A stretch of DNA of 64,000 bases from contig CBDCCI010000002.1 of assembly GCA_965214705.1 (NCBI GenBank), forward strand, positions 160,001 to 224,000, in the 5' to 3' direction. The position numbers were made by a program, and so were the translations under genes. Below are positions 40,174 through 51,086 of this stretch, in pieces. Source of the DNA: Alphaproteobacteria bacterium (GTDB lineage: Bacteria; Pseudomonadota; Alphaproteobacteria; UBA828). Each line of letters begins with the position of its first letter. Position 1 is the first letter of the stretch. Under the pieces are notes generated by a model that saw only the letters and a program-made list of their open reading frames with translations, did not search any database and was not told the origin of the DNA.

Positions 40174-40989
40174 TCACACCAGGCCGGCGGCGCGGACGGC
40201 GGCCATGTAGGTCCGGCTCACCGGCACCTCGTGGCCGCCGGTGAGGCGCAGCGTAGTGCGGCCGTCCCGGCGGGCGGCGCCCGTCACATGGTGGCGTGCG
40301 ACCCAGTAGGAGCGGTGTACCCGGAGCCCGCCTGCGCCGTCGAGCTCGGCGACGGCGTCGACGAAGCGCATCAGCACCAAAGTCGAGCCCGCTGTGGTGA
40401 AGGCCTCGACGTAGTGATCGGCGGTCTTGAGGTAGACGAGATCGCGGCCGAGTTTTTCAGGCAGGCGGTCGAGGAAGCGCGCGCCAGGAGCGGGGCCGGC
40501 GTGGGTGCCTGACTCGCCTGCCTCTTCTGAAGCGGTTATCGCGACGCTCCGCTCCGCCAGCCCGCGACGGACTTCCATGACGGCGACCACCGCGAGCCCG
40601 ATCACCAGCATCAGCACGGCGACCGAGAGATAGATCATCGGCACGCCGACTGGCTCGGCATAGCCGGGCCGGAACAGCGCTTCGGCGGCCAACACCACCC
40701 CCGTACCGGGCGCGGCGGCGACCGGGGCCGCAGCCGCCGCCACCAGCACGCGCCGCCGCACCGAGTGGCCGCCTGCGGTGACCAGGGCCAGCATCATGAT
40801 GCTGCCGCAGACGAGCCAATTGCCGCCCATCGCCACCGCCCAATAGCCGATGCGGCCGGAGACCCCGAGCGAGTCGTAGGTGCCGAACGGGCCGATGAAG
40901 GCGAACAGCGCCACCAGAGCGACGAGCGCCACCGCCTGACCGGCCAGCGAGTGGCGCATTTCGCGAAGCGTGAACGGCGAATCCTGCAA
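40174..40989 (-). CDS. Membrane-anchored LytTR family regulator (start uncertain: 40989 or 40959)
   Basis: Four TM segments, then DHYVE, LRVHRSYWV, VPVSRTY. Confidence 0.85.
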   Translation of the reverse strand: MQDSPFTLREMRHSLAGQAVALVALVALFAFIGPFGTYDSLGVSGRIGYWAVAMGGNWLVCGSIMMLALVTAGGHSVRRRVLVAAAAAPVAAAPGTGVVLAAEALFRPGYAEPVGVPMIYLSVAVLMLVIGLAVVAVMEVRRGLAERSVAITASEEAGESGTHAGPAPGARFLDRLPEKLGRDLVYLKTADHYVEAFTTAGSTLVLMRFVDAVAELDGAGGLRVHRSYWVARHHVTGAARRDGRTTLRLTGGHEVPVSRTYMAAVRAAGLV

Positions 40990-41092
40990 TCCGCGAATAA
41001 TCCCGTGGTGTTTGCGTATCGAACGGTGACGCACGGCGCGGGCCTGCTCACCCTGCCCCGGTCAGCCAACCCAACGCTTTGGAGGATATGTG

Positions 41093-41584
41093 ATGACCAT
41101 TCGAACTGCATCCATCAAGGGCGCCACGCTGGCGGCCACGCTCGCCTGTGTAGCCTCGCTCGCATTCGGGGCCGCCGCGGCGGATCTCGAGGTCCGTATC
41201 GAGGGTCTGCGCTCGGCCGATGGTGACGTGCGCGTCGCGCTGCACCGGCACATGGAGGACGCGAAGTTCCCCGGCGACGCCGGCGTGGTCGGCGCGATCA
41301 TGCGTTCCGCCGCCTCCGGCACCGTGCGCGTGATTTTCGCGGACGTGGCGCCCGGTGCCTACGCAGTCGCGGCCTTCCACGACGCCGACGGCGACGGCGA
41401 ACTCGCCCAGAACTTCTTAGGGATGCCGACCGAAGGCTACGGCTTCTCCAACGGCGCCGTGGGCTTCATGGGCCCGCCCAGCTTCTCGGACGCCGCTGTG
41501 ACCGTGGGCGAGGGGGAGGCCATGCCTTCCGTCTCGGTGCCGATCGCCTATTCCGATGCCGGTGGGCAGGGGTCCGGGCAATGA
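41093..41584 (+). CDS. DUF2141 family secreted protein
   Basis: Signal peptide; PGAYAVAAFHDADGDG, GMPTEGYGFSN, GPPSF. Confidence 0.85.
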   Translation: MTIRTASIKGATLAATLACVASLAFGAAAADLEVRIEGLRSADGDVRVALHRHMEDAKFPGDAGVVGAIMRSAASGTVRVIFADVAPGAYAVAAFHDADGDGELAQNFLGMPTEGYGFSNGAVGFMGPPSFSDAAVTVGEGEAMPSVSVPIAYSDAGGQGSGQ

Positions 41585-43095
41585 GGGCCACACCATCCCG
41601 CCGCGCGGTGCTGCGTGCGCTGGGCTCCCTGCCGGTCGTGTTGGCGGCCGGCAGGGCAGGGGCAGCGGCGGATGATGCCACCGATCCTGCGCCCGCGCTC
41701 TCGGTCGATCAGCGCCGGCTCGCGTTCGCCACGGCTGCGGCCGAAGAACTCGCCGCGCCGCTCACCACGCTTGCCGGCGGCCTGCCGCCCGACCTCACCG
41801 GCGTGCTCTGGCGCAACGGCCCGGCGGAGCACGACCGCTTCGGCCATCGCTACTGCCACTGGTTCGACGGCGACGGCATGGTGCAGGCCTTCACCTTCAC
41901 GGGGGCCGGCGTGAGCCACCGCGCCCGCATCCTGGACACGCCGAAACGAGGACGGGAGACGGCGGCAGGCAAGCGCCTCCTGCCCGCCTTCGGCACCCTG
42001 CCGCCCGAGGTCGCGCCGATCATGGCGCCCGACGACATGAACGCCGCCAACGCCTCCGTGCTCGCCCACGGCGGGCGGCTCATGGCACTCTGGGAGGGGG
42101 GCTCGGCACTGGAACTCGATTCCGAGACCCTGGAAGCCGGCGATTTCGTCTCCTGGCGACCCGACCTCGCCGGTGCGCCCTTCTCGGCCCATCCCAAGGT
42201 CGAGGCCGACGGCACCTGCTGGAACATCGGCTGCGTCACCTTCCCCCGGCTGATGCTGCTGTTCTACCGCATCGACCCGCAAGGCCGGCTCGCCGCGTTC
42301 AACGCGCTGCCGGTCGAGCCGCTCGGCATGGTCCACGACTATGTCGTGACCCGGCGCCATCTGGTGCTTGTCGTGCCGCCCTTCGTGATCGAGCCAGAGC
42401 GCTTCGCCGCCGGCCCGATCAGCTTTCTCGATGCCCATGTCTGGCGGCCCGAGCTTGGCACCCGCGTGATCGTGGTGGACAAGGAGACGCTCGCCCCGGT
42501 CCGCCACCACGACCTGCCGCCGGGCTTCCACTTCCACCACGGCAACGGCTGGGAGGAGGCGGACGGCACCATCCACCTCGACCTCTGCCGAGCGGCGGAC
42601 CCGATGTTCGCCATCCACGACCTGCGCGCGGTCATGGAGGGCGACTGGGGCTTTCCCTCCGCCCACCCGCACTACCGCCGCATGGTGCTGCGGCCCGGCG
42701 GGGCCGCCACGATCGAGCAGGTGGCCACGGCCGTCGCGGATTTCCCCCGCATCGACCCGCGCCGCACCGGGCTCCGGCACCGCGCGCTCTTCGCGCTCAC
42801 CGGCGCGCGGGGCGGCGGCTGGCCGCTCTCAAGGGTCGACCGGATCGATCCTGATCATGGCGTGGTCGACGGCTGGTCCTATCCGCGACACCTGATCCCG
42901 GAGGAGCACGTGTTCGTGCCGCGTGGGACGACGGAGGGTGACGGCTGGCTGGTAGGCCCCTTCCTCGATCTGGAACGCCGTGCCGCCGGTCTCAGCGTCT
43001 TCGACGCCCAACACCTTGCCGACGGGCCGCTCTGGCAGGGCATCCTGCCCTACCCGCTCCCCCTCGCCCTGCACGGCACGTTCGTAGGGGCGTAG
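41581..43095 (+). CDS. Carotenoid oxygenase family protein with Tat-like signal
   Basis: RNGP, HWFDGDGM and four His motifs (SAHPK, MVHD, FHH, LHG); SRRAVL at the N-terminus. Confidence 0.9.
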   Translation: MRATPSRRAVLRALGSLPVVLAAGRAGAAADDATDPAPALSVDQRRLAFATAAAEELAAPLTTLAGGLPPDLTGVLWRNGPAEHDRFGHRYCHWFDGDGMVQAFTFTGAGVSHRARILDTPKRGRETAAGKRLLPAFGTLPPEVAPIMAPDDMNAANASVLAHGGRLMALWEGGSALELDSETLEAGDFVSWRPDLAGAPFSAHPKVEADGTCWNIGCVTFPRLMLLFYRIDPQGRLAAFNALPVEPLGMVHDYVVTRRHLVLVVPPFVIEPERFAAGPISFLDAHVWRPELGTRVIVVDKETLAPVRHHDLPPGFHFHHGNGWEEADGTIHLDLCRAADPMFAIHDLRAVMEGDWGFPSAHPHYRRMVLRPGGAATIEQVATAVADFPRIDPRRTGLRHRALFALTGARGGGWPLSRVDRIDPDHGVVDGWSYPRHLIPEEHVFVPRGTTEGDGWLVGPFLDLERRAAGLSVFDAQHLADGPLWQGILPYPLPLALHGTFVGA

Positions 43096-43106
43096 TCGGG
43101 GATGTG

Positions 43107-43219
43107 GAGCGCGTCCGTTCTTGACGGACGCGCGACAGGCCGCGACCGCGGCCCGCCGCGAAAGCGGCGCCCTCGCGGAGGCGCTGGCCTTGGGCCGGCT
43201 GCCGTGAGCGACAAGGCTC
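43107..43219 (-). mobile_element. 113-bp multi-hairpin MITE-like element family A, copy 2
   Basis: Reverse complement aligns to 18039-18151; its first G completes the TAG stop of the upstream gene. Confidence 0.78.
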
Positions 43220-44424
43220 TAAAGCCCCGGATCGGCGGAGGGGAGGCCGAGCAGGACGCCGCCGTGGTTCGACGCGTTCACGTCCCAATTCTGGGTGATG
43301 TGCCCGCGGATGCAGTTGACATCGCGCATGGCGCGCGAGAGCGGGTTGCTGTCGTAGAGCCCGGCGCCGCCCGAGAGGTGGAAGAGCAGGTCCACCGCCT
43401 CAGCCGCGAGCTTGCCCGCCATGGTCGCCTGGGCGCGCAGCTCGGATTTCTTCGGCATCGGCGCGGTCCCGCCGCTCTCAGCGATCGCCATGCCCTTGTC
43501 GCAGCAATGGTGCAGCAGCAGGCGTGCGGTCTCGATCTTGGTGTGGGCCTCGGCCACCTTGACCTGCGCAGTGGAGTAGTCGGCCATGCTCTTGCCGGAC
43601 ATCCGCGCGACGCGGTCGCGGGTGCGGGCGACGAAGTCGTCGTAGACCGCCTGGGCCACGCCGAGCGCGGGGACGCTCTGGTTGATGGAAAACATGGCGT
43701 AGGCCGGCAGCTTGTAGAGCGCCGCGTCGTTCACGGCGCATCCTGGCGCGGTGCCGCCGCCCTTGGTGGCGTCGATGGTGAGCGCGCGGCGGTCCGGCAC
43801 GAAGACGTCATCCACGGCGACGTCGGCGCTGCCGGTGCCGCGCAGGCCCGCGGTGTGCCAAGTGTCGATGATCTCGTACTCGCCTCGCGGGATCGCGTGC
43901 ATCTGGGCGAGCCTGGGCTTGTCGCCGTCTTCGGTGAAGGCGGCAGCGATAAACCAGTCGGCGCCGTAGACTCCGCTCGCGAACGGCCAGCGTCCGCTGA
44001 TGCGCCAGCCGCCGTCCACGCGCACGGCACGGCCGCATGCCGGGATCAGCACGCCCGCCACCATGGCGTCCGGCGTCGCCCCCCAGATCTCGTCCTGCCC
44101 CTCCGGCGGCCAGTAGCCGAGCAGGCAGTTGTGGGAGGAATACTGGACCAGGCACCAGCCGGCGGCGCTGCAGGCGATGGAGATGGCCTCCACGATATCG
44201 ACCATGCCGGAATAATGTGCCTCGGCCCCGCCGTGCCGCGCAGGCTGCAGGATGCGGTGGATGCCGGCCTCGCGCATCGCCTGCATGGTCTCGGGGGCGA
44301 GCCGGCGGGTCTCCTCGGTCTCGTCCGAGCGCTCGCGGATCGTCTCCGCGAGCCCCTTGGCACGCGCAAGCAGGTTTTCGCGAGTCCTGACCGCCGCCGC
44401 GTCTGACGCCGCCGCCTCGTTCAT
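43219..44424 (-). CDS. Acyl-CoA dehydrogenase-fold flavin monooxygenase (HsaA-like)
   Basis: LQPARHGG, GRWPFASG, DTWHTAGLRGTGS, RAMRD. Confidence 0.87.
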   Translation of the reverse strand: MNEAAASDAAAVRTRENLLARAKGLAETIRERSDETEETRRLAPETMQAMREAGIHRILQPARHGGAEAHYSGMVDIVEAISIACSAAGWCLVQYSSHNCLLGYWPPEGQDEIWGATPDAMVAGVLIPACGRAVRVDGGWRISGRWPFASGVYGADWFIAAAFTEDGDKPRLAQMHAIPRGEYEIIDTWHTAGLRGTGSADVAVDDVFVPDRRALTIDATKGGGTAPGCAVNDAALYKLPAYAMFSINQSVPALGVAQAVYDDFVARTRDRVARMSGKSMADYSTAQVKVAEAHTKIETARLLLHHCCDKGMAIAESGGTAPMPKKSELRAQATMAGKLAAEAVDLLFHLSGGAGLYDSNPLSRAMRDVNCIRGHITQNWDVNASNHGGVLLGLPSADPGL

Positions 44425-44430
44425 GGCGTT

Positions 44431-45078
44431 TCAACCCTCCATCAGCACGTCGTGGGCAAGGTGGTCGGCGACCCGATCGAGACCCTCGCCGGTGCGGCAA
44501 TTGGTGAGCAGCACGGGCCGGCCGCTCCGCACCTCTTCCGCCTCCTTGCGCATCAGCGCGAGATCGACGCCCACGTGCGGCGCGAGGTCGGACTTGTTGA
44601 TGATCAGCAGGTCGGCTCGGATGATCCCCGGCCCCCGCTTGCGCGGGATGTCGCCCCCGCCCGAGACGTCGATCACGAAGAGCCAGTAATCCACCAGGTC
44701 GAGGGAGAAGGTGGAGGCGAGATTGTCGCCGCCGCTCTCGATCAGGATCAGGTCGAGGGGGCGGAGCTGGTCTTCCAGCAGGTCGGCGGCCTCGATGTTG
44801 AGCGTCGGGTCCTCGCGGATCACGGTGTGCGGGCAGGCGCCGGCCTCGACGCCCACCACCCGCTCCGGCGAGATCAGGCCGCTGCGCTGCAACCGCTCGG
44901 CATCCTCCTGCGTCACCAGGTCGTTGGTGACGATGGCCATGGAGGTGCCGCGCGCCGCGAAGAGCGGCAGCAGCCCCTCGATCAGCGCGGTCTTGCCCGA
45001 GCCCACCGGCCCACCGATGCCGACCCGCGCCGCGCTCGCCGCCGCCGCTGCCCCGGCCAGGCCTTGCGCTGTCTCCAT
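44431..45078 (-). CDS. ureG: Urease accessory GTPase
   Basis: [12 protein letters not shown] metal motif, ESGGDNL, NKSD. Confidence 0.93.
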   Translation of the reverse strand: METAQGLAGAAAAASAARVGIGGPVGSGKTALIEGLLPLFAARGTSMAIVTNDLVTQEDAERLQRSGLISPERVVGVEAGACPHTVIREDPTLNIEAADLLEDQLRPLDLILIESGGDNLASTFSLDLVDYWLFVIDVSGGGDIPRKRGPGIIRADLLIINKSDLAPHVGVDLALMRKEAEEVRSGRPVLLTNCRTGEGLDRVADHLAHDVLMEG

Positions 45079-45083
45079 CGCCA

Positions 45084-45539
45084 CTACGCGTCCTGCTCCT
45101 CGATGATGCGGGCCCGGCCGTCGGCGAGATGCTGGGCGAGCCGCGCGATATAGGTCTCGCGCGGTCCGTCCAGCGCCACCTTGAGGACTTCGCCCTCGAA
45201 CCGCACCCGCCAGTGCAGATTGCCGCAGAAATAGCCGAGGTCCAGCGCCGCCGCCAGGTCGCGGGGGCCGAGCGCGAGCCACACGGTCTCGCGCATGCGG
45301 ACCACGACGGCGCGGTCGTCCTCCAGCAGGAGCACCGCACCGTTGGCGAGGCGGTCGGAGCGCGCGATGGCCACCGCGCAATCGGTGCCCTTGTCGGTCG
45401 CGACCCGGAGCCGCTTGCGCGCCGTATCGGCCGCATCCAGCGTGATGGTCTCGACCCGGCCGTCGTGCTCAAGCACATGCAGCCGCTCGGCGATCGCCGG
45501 GTCGGTCGCGTTGCCGAGAATCTGGGTGAGCCGCAGCAT
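45084..45539 (-). CDS. ureE: Urease accessory protein UreE-like
   Basis: [23 protein letters not shown]. Confidence 0.8.
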   Translation of the reverse strand: MLRLTQILGNATDPAIAERLHVLEHDGRVETITLDAADTARKRLRVATDKGTDCAVAIARSDRLANGAVLLLEDDRAVVVRMRETVWLALGPRDLAAALDLGYFCGNLHWRVRFEGEVLKVALDGPRETYIARLAQHLADGRARIIEEQDA

Positions 45540-45663
45540 GGCGGGCAGCTTACGGCGATCGGAAGCGCTGGCAAGGGAGGGCGCGGCCAGCACGCCGCGT
45601 GTCGATTGAAGGGCGGCCGGGCCTTCGGCATCATGCGCCACGGGCGCCACGCGGAGGAGACTG

Positions 45664-47295
45664 ATGCGCGCGACGATGATGGACTACCCGCTCACCCTCA
45701 CGCAGTACCTGGAGCGGGCCGGCACGCTGCTCAAGGACAGCGAGATCGTCACCCGCCTGCCGGACAAGTCGCTGCACCGCTACCGTTACGGCGACTTCCA
45801 CCGGCGCGCGCGCCAACTCGCCTCCGCGCTCAAGAGAGCGGGGCTGGAGCGGGGCGACCCGGTGGGCACCATGATGTGGAACAACTACCCGCACGAGGAG
45901 TGCTACTTCGGCGTCCCCGCCGCAGGCTGCGTGCTGCACACGCTCAACTTCCGGCTGCACCCGAACGACATCGCCTACATCGCGAACCACGCCGGCGACC
46001 GCTTCGTGATCGTGGACGACGTGCTCCTGCCGCTGTTCGAGAAGGTCCGGCCCGAAATCGCGCCGGAGCGTGTGTTCGTGGTGGCGCTCTCGGGCCAGCC
46101 GGTGCCGGAGGGCTACGAGAACTACGAGGACCTGCTGGCGTCGGGTGATCCCGACGACGACCTGCCTGCCCTCGACGAGCGCGACGCCTGCGGCGTCTGC
46201 TACACCTCCGGCACCACGGGGCGGCCCAAGGGCGTCGTCTACTCGCACCGGGCCATGGTGCTCCACACCATGGCGATGTGCATGACCGAGCCTTTCGGCG
46301 TCAGCCAGCACGACACCATCATGCCGGTGGTGCCGATGTTCCACGCCAACGGCTGGGGCCTGCCCTACGGCGCCGTCGCAACCGGCGCCCGCGTGGTGCT
46401 GCCGGGACCCCATCTCGATCCGGTGAGTCTGCTCGATCTCTGCGAGGCCGAGCGGGTCACATTCGCCGCCGGCGTGCCGACGATCTGGAACGGAATCCTA
46501 CAGGCGCTCGATGCCGAGCCCGAGCGCTGGTCCCTCGACCCGCGGCTCCGCACTGCAGTCGGCGGCTCGGCGGCGAGCGAGGCGATGATCCGCGGCTTCG
46601 ACCGTCACGGCGTCCGCACCATCCACGCCTGGGGCATGACCGAGATGACACCGCTCGGCAGCGCCGGGGTCATCAAGGCGACCATGGGAGAGCTCGGCGA
46701 GGACGCCCAGTACGACTACCGGGCGAAGCAGGGGATCGCCATGCCCTTCGTCGACATGCGGTTGATCAACGATGCCGGCACCGCGCCCTGGGACGGCGAG
46801 ACCATGGGCGAGGTGCAGGTGCGCGGGCCCTGGATCGCCGCCGCCTACCACGAGCCCGGCGAGCTCGGCGACAAGTGGACCGACGACGGCTGGCTGCGCA
46901 CCGGCGACGTCGCCACCATCGACTCCGAGGGCTACATGAAGATCACCGACCGCACCAAGGACCTGATCAAGTCCGGCGGCGAGTGGATCAGCTCGGTCGA
47001 TCTGGAGAACGCGCTCATGGGCCATCCGGCCGTGAGCGAGGCCGCGGTGATCGCGGCGCGGCACGAGAAGTGGGACGAGCGCCCGCTCGCCGTCATCGTC
47101 CTGAAGGAGGGGGCCGAGGCGGACGCGGACGCGCTCCAGAGCCACCTCGCTGCTGACTTTGCCAAGTGGTGGCTGCCGGACGACTACGTGTTCGTGGACG
47201 AGATTCCGCGCACGTCCACCGGCAAGTTCCTCAAGTCGGCCCTGCGCGAGCGCTACGAGGGGCTGTTGGTCAGCGGGGGCGGTAGCGGGAGTTAG
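45664..47295 (+). CDS. Fatty-acid/acyl-CoA ligase
   Basis: [35 protein letters not shown]. Confidence 0.93.
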   Translation: MRATMMDYPLTLTQYLERAGTLLKDSEIVTRLPDKSLHRYRYGDFHRRARQLASALKRAGLERGDPVGTMMWNNYPHEECYFGVPAAGCVLHTLNFRLHPNDIAYIANHAGDRFVIVDDVLLPLFEKVRPEIAPERVFVVALSGQPVPEGYENYEDLLASGDPDDDLPALDERDACGVCYTSGTTGRPKGVVYSHRAMVLHTMAMCMTEPFGVSQHDTIMPVVPMFHANGWGLPYGAVATGARVVLPGPHLDPVSLLDLCEAERVTFAAGVPTIWNGILQALDAEPERWSLDPRLRTAVGGSAASEAMIRGFDRHGVRTIHAWGMTEMTPLGSAGVIKATMGELGEDAQYDYRAKQGIAMPFVDMRLINDAGTAPWDGETMGEVQVRGPWIAAAYHEPGELGDKWTDDGWLRTGDVATIDSEGYMKITDRTKDLIKSGGEWISSVDLENALMGHPAVSEAAVIAARHEKWDERPLAVIVLKEGAEADADALQSHLAADFAKWWLPDDYVFVDEIPRTSTGKFLKSALRERYEGLLVSGGGSGS

Positions 47296-49043
47296 CCGCT
47301 CTTGCCGCAGGGGCCGGCGGTGCGGCGGGCTGCGGTCGCGGCCTCGTCCACCTGAAGCGGGTCGCCGCTGAGAACCACGCCGAAGCGCTGCTCCGCCTCG
47401 TCCGCCGTGTAGTAGCCCCGCAGCACGTCCTGCAGCACCAGCGCCGGCTCGCGCTCGAACGCCGCGCCGTAGCCGCCGCCGCCCGGCGTCGAGACCCGCA
47501 CGGTATCGCCGGGACGAAGCGGGATCTCCTGGTCCTTGGAGAGATGCGGCGGCTTGTAACTTGAGCCGTCAGCGCGGATCACGTCCACGGTGTTGACGCC
47601 GCCGGGCGCCCCGCCGAGTGCGCCGTTGGGCCCGGTGCGGCCGTGGTCCATCACCATCGAGGCCGAGGCCGCGCCTCGCCGGAGGGTGCAGGCGTAGGTG
47701 ACGCCGAAGCCGCCGCGCCAGCGGCCGGCGCCGCCCGAGCCCTCGTGCAGCGAATACTCCTGGAACAGCACCGGGTACTTCTGCTCCATCACCTCGATCG
47801 GCTGCATCTTGGAGATGCCGATGGTGGAGCAGCCGTTGGTGAGCCCGTCGCCCTCGGGCGAGCCGCCGTAGCCGCCGCCGGTGAAGAGGTACATTACGTA
47901 ATCCCGGCCACGCGCGGGGTCGCCGCCGCCCACGGCGAAGTTGCCCGAGGTGCCGGCGGGCGCGGCGAAGAGGCGATCCGGAATCGCCTGGGCCAGCGCA
48001 TCGAACACGGCCTCGGCGATACGCTGGCTCACCTCCGCCGCGCAGCCCGAGACCGGGCGTGGGTATTCGGCGTGGAGGAAGGTGCCCCTGGGCTCGGTGA
48101 TGTGTAGCGGCTCGAACATGCCGGCGTTGATCGGCACGTCGGGGAAGATGTGGCGGATCGCGAGGTAGATCGCGGACTTGGTGGTGGCCGCCACGCTGTT
48201 CATCGGTCCGGCGCAGGGCGGGCTGGAGTTCGCCATGTCGAAGTGAAGCTCGGTGCCGTCCACGCGAATGCGCATGTCGATGGTGAGCGGCTCGTTCACC
48301 ACGCCGTCGGAATCGACCGTGGCTAGGCCGCGATAGTGGCCGTCCGGGATGGTCTCGATCTTGGCCCGCATCTGCCGCGCGGCGCGCTGGCGCATCTCGC
48401 GGATCACGTCCTCGATCAGGGGCTGGCCGTACTTGTCGAGCAACGCGGTCATCCGCCGGGCGCCCACCAGCAGCGCCGCCGACTGCGCCTCGATGTCGCC
48501 GATGCGCTGCTCGGGCACGCGGATGTTGGAGAGGATGATGGAGAGGATCTCCTCGTCGATCGTCCCCTCCTTGTAGAGCTTGACCGGCGGGAAGCGCAGG
48601 CCCTCCTGCACCACCTCGGTGGCGCGCGCCGAGAAGCCGCCCGGCACCATGCCGCCGGTGTCCGGCCAGTGGCCCGTGTTCGAGAGCCAGGCGAAGTGCG
48701 CGCCCTTGTAGAAGAAGGGGAGCGCGAAGCGCACGTCCATCAGGTGGGTGCCGCCGAGGTAGGGGTCGTTGATAGCGAAGATGTCGCCCTCGCGCACCGT
48801 GGGCCTGGTGGCGATCAGGTGCTCGGTGGAGAACTGCATGGTGCCGACGAAGACCGGCAAGCCGAGCTCGCCTTGCGCGATCAGCTTGCCGTCCTCCTTG
48901 GCGTAGATGCCGTCCGAACGGTCCATCCCTTCGGAGATGACCGGGCTGAAGGCAGAGCGGACGAAGGCGAGGTCCATCTCGTTGCAGACCTGCTGCAGGC
49001 CGCTCTGCACCACGCCGAGGGTGATGGGGTCGAGCGCGCTCAT
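47292..49043 (-). CDS. Hydantoinase B/oxoprolinase subunit
   Basis: NDPYLGGTHLMD, GHWPDTGG, TPGGGGYG. Confidence 0.93.
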   Translation of the reverse strand: MSALDPITLGVVQSGLQQVCNEMDLAFVRSAFSPVISEGMDRSDGIYAKEDGKLIAQGELGLPVFVGTMQFSTEHLIATRPTVREGDIFAINDPYLGGTHLMDVRFALPFFYKGAHFAWLSNTGHWPDTGGMVPGGFSARATEVVQEGLRFPPVKLYKEGTIDEEILSIILSNIRVPEQRIGDIEAQSAALLVGARRMTALLDKYGQPLIEDVIREMRQRAARQMRAKIETIPDGHYRGLATVDSDGVVNEPLTIDMRIRVDGTELHFDMANSSPPCAGPMNSVAATTKSAIYLAIRHIFPDVPINAGMFEPLHITEPRGTFLHAEYPRPVSGCAAEVSQRIAEAVFDALAQAIPDRLFAAPAGTSGNFAVGGGDPARGRDYVMYLFTGGGYGGSPEGDGLTNGCSTIGISKMQPIEVMEQKYPVLFQEYSLHEGSGGAGRWRGGFGVTYACTLRRGAASASMVMDHGRTGPNGALGGAPGGVNTVDVIRADGSSYKPPHLSKDQEIPLRPGDTVRVSTPGGGGYGAAFEREPALVLQDVLRGYYTADEAEQRFGVVLSGDPLQVDEAATAARRTAGPCGKSG

Positions 49044-51079
49044 TCGCCCACGTCCAGGATCAGGTTGCCGATGGCATCGAGGGAGGCCCGGTTGCCGGGC
49101 TCGACCACGCTGGTGCAGTCGGTCTGTTGCACGATCGCAGGGCCGGGGAAGGACGCGCCCGCCGGCAGCCGGTCACGGTCGTAGACCGGAGTCGCCTGCC
49201 AGCCGTCGGGGAACCAGACGCGGCGCGTGGCGATCAGGGCGCCGTCGAGAGACGAGGCCCGCGACTGGCCGCCGAGTGCGGCGAGCGGTACCGCCGGTCT
49301 GGCACCGATCGCGGCAGTGTGGAGATTGACCAGAACTGCCGGGATCGTGTCGAGGGCGACCGCGAAGCGCTCCCAGTACGCCTTCTCGAACGCCTGCTGG
49401 AGTTCGTCCCGCGTCACGCCGGGGCTCTCGATGGGCACGGTGAGCAGGTGGGTCTGGCCCTCGAACTGCATGTCGGCGGCGTGGAGGCAGGCGATCTCGC
49501 CGACTGCGACGCCCTCCTGCTCGGTGGTAGAGCGCCCCTGCACCGCCTGGCGTTCGAGGATCGCGCGTACCGCGTCCATGTCCGCCTCGGCCAGCGGCGC
49601 GTTCACCGTGTTCACGTAGTCGTGGCGCAGATCGGCGGTGATGCAGCCGACGGCGCTGGTGATCCCCGGCCGCGCCGGGATCATCACGCGCGGGATGCCG
49701 AGCTCGGCGGCGAGCGCCGCGGCGTGCATGGGGCCGGCGCCGCCGAAGGCGAGGAGCACGAAGTCGCGCGGGTCGTGGCCGCGCGCAAGCGTCGCCATGC
49801 GGATCGCGCCAGCCATGCGGTCGTTGGCGATGCGGATCACCGCCGCCGCCGCCGCGTCCGCATCGAGGCCGAGAGGCACGCCGACGGCCTGCGCGAACGC
49901 CGTCCGCACGTCGCCCGGCGCGACCGGGTTCTCGACCGCGAGCAGAGCGTCAGGATCGAGCCGGCCGAGAATCAGGTTGGCGTCGGTGAGCGTCGGCCGC
50001 TCTCCGCCCCGGCCATAGCAGATCGGGCCCGGCTGGGCGCCCGCGCTCTCCGGCCCCACCTGGAGCAGCCCGGCCTCGTCGATCCGCGCGAGCGAGCCGC
50101 CGCCCGCGCCCACGGTGTGCACGTCCACCATGGGGACGTGGATCGGCATGCCGTGCTCAAGCTCCATCTCGGCGCTGACCGCCGGCACGCCCTCCAGCAC
50201 CAGGCCCACGTCGGCGCTGGTGCCGCCGGTGTCGAAGGTAATCAGGCGCTCCGCGCCGGAGGCGCGGCCGATGGCGGCGGCGGCCATGACGCCGGACGCC
50301 GGGCCCGAAAGCACGGTGTTGACCGCCTTCGCCGCCGCCGAGCGGGCCGAGACGCTGCCGCCGTTGCCCTGGATCACCAGTAGCTCGCGCTTGTAGCCGC
50401 GACCTGCGAGCTGCTCTCTCAAGCGGTCGAGATAGCGGTGCAGCAGCGGCTGGACGGAGGCGTTCACCGCCGCCGCAACGCCCCGCTCGAACTCGCGGAA
50501 CTCGGCGAGGATCGCGTGCCCTGCCGTGACATGGCCCTCCGGCCAGCACTCGCGGGCGATAGCCAATGCGCGCTCCTCGTGCGCGGGGTTCTTGTAGCTG
50601 TGCAGGAAGTGGATCACGAGCGCATCGCAGCCGGCAGCGCGCAGGCGCTCCAGCGCGGCGCGCACAGCCTCTTCGTCCAGCGGCACCAGCACCTCGCCGG
50701 CGGCGTCCATGCGCTCCGGCACCTCGATGCGGAGCTCGCGCGGGATCAGCGGCGTGAAGCTGCCGGTGAGGCCGTAGGGCCGGGGCCGCGTGCGCCGGCC
50801 GAGCTCCAGGATGTCGCGGAAGCCCCTGGTGGTGATCAGCCCCGTGCGGCTGAGCTTGCGTTCCAGCAGCGCGTTGGTGGTGACCGTGGTGCCGTGGATG
50901 ATGGCCCCGACATCGGCGAGGGACGCGGCCGCGCCGTCCAGCGCCGCGAGCACGCCTGCCGCCTGGTTCGCGGGCGTGGACGGCACCTTGGCGAGCCTGA
51001 CAGCGCCGGACTCAGGCTCCATCAGGATCAGGTCAGTGAAGGTTCCGCCGACATCGACGCCGACGACCGCGCCGCTCAT
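49040..51079 (-). CDS. Hydantoinase/oxoprolinase subunit A
   Basis: DVGGTFTD, HGTT..TN, SGPASG, GAGGGS. Confidence 0.94.
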   Translation of the reverse strand: MSGAVVGVDVGGTFTDLILMEPESGAVRLAKVPSTPANQAAGVLAALDGAAASLADVGAIIHGTTVTTNALLERKLSRTGLITTRGFRDILELGRRTRPRPYGLTGSFTPLIPRELRIEVPERMDAAGEVLVPLDEEAVRAALERLRAAGCDALVIHFLHSYKNPAHEERALAIARECWPEGHVTAGHAILAEFREFERGVAAAVNASVQPLLHRYLDRLREQLAGRGYKRELLVIQGNGGSVSARSAAAKAVNTVLSGPASGVMAAAAIGRASGAERLITFDTGGTSADVGLVLEGVPAVSAEMELEHGMPIHVPMVDVHTVGAGGGSLARIDEAGLLQVGPESAGAQPGPICYGRGGERPTLTDANLILGRLDPDALLAVENPVAPGDVRTAFAQAVGVPLGLDADAAAAAVIRIANDRMAGAIRMATLARGHDPRDFVLLAFGGAGPMHAAALAAELGIPRVMIPARPGITSAVGCITADLRHDYVNTVNAPLAEADMDAVRAILERQAVQGRSTTEQEGVAVGEIACLHAADMQFEGQTHLLTVPIESPGVTRDELQQAFEKAYWERFAVALDTIPAVLVNLHTAAIGARPAVPLAALGGQSRASSLDGALIATRRVWFPDGWQATPVYDRDRLPAGASFPGPAIVQQTDCTSVVEPGNRASLDAIGNLILDVGE

Positions 51080-51086
51080 GGTGTGC

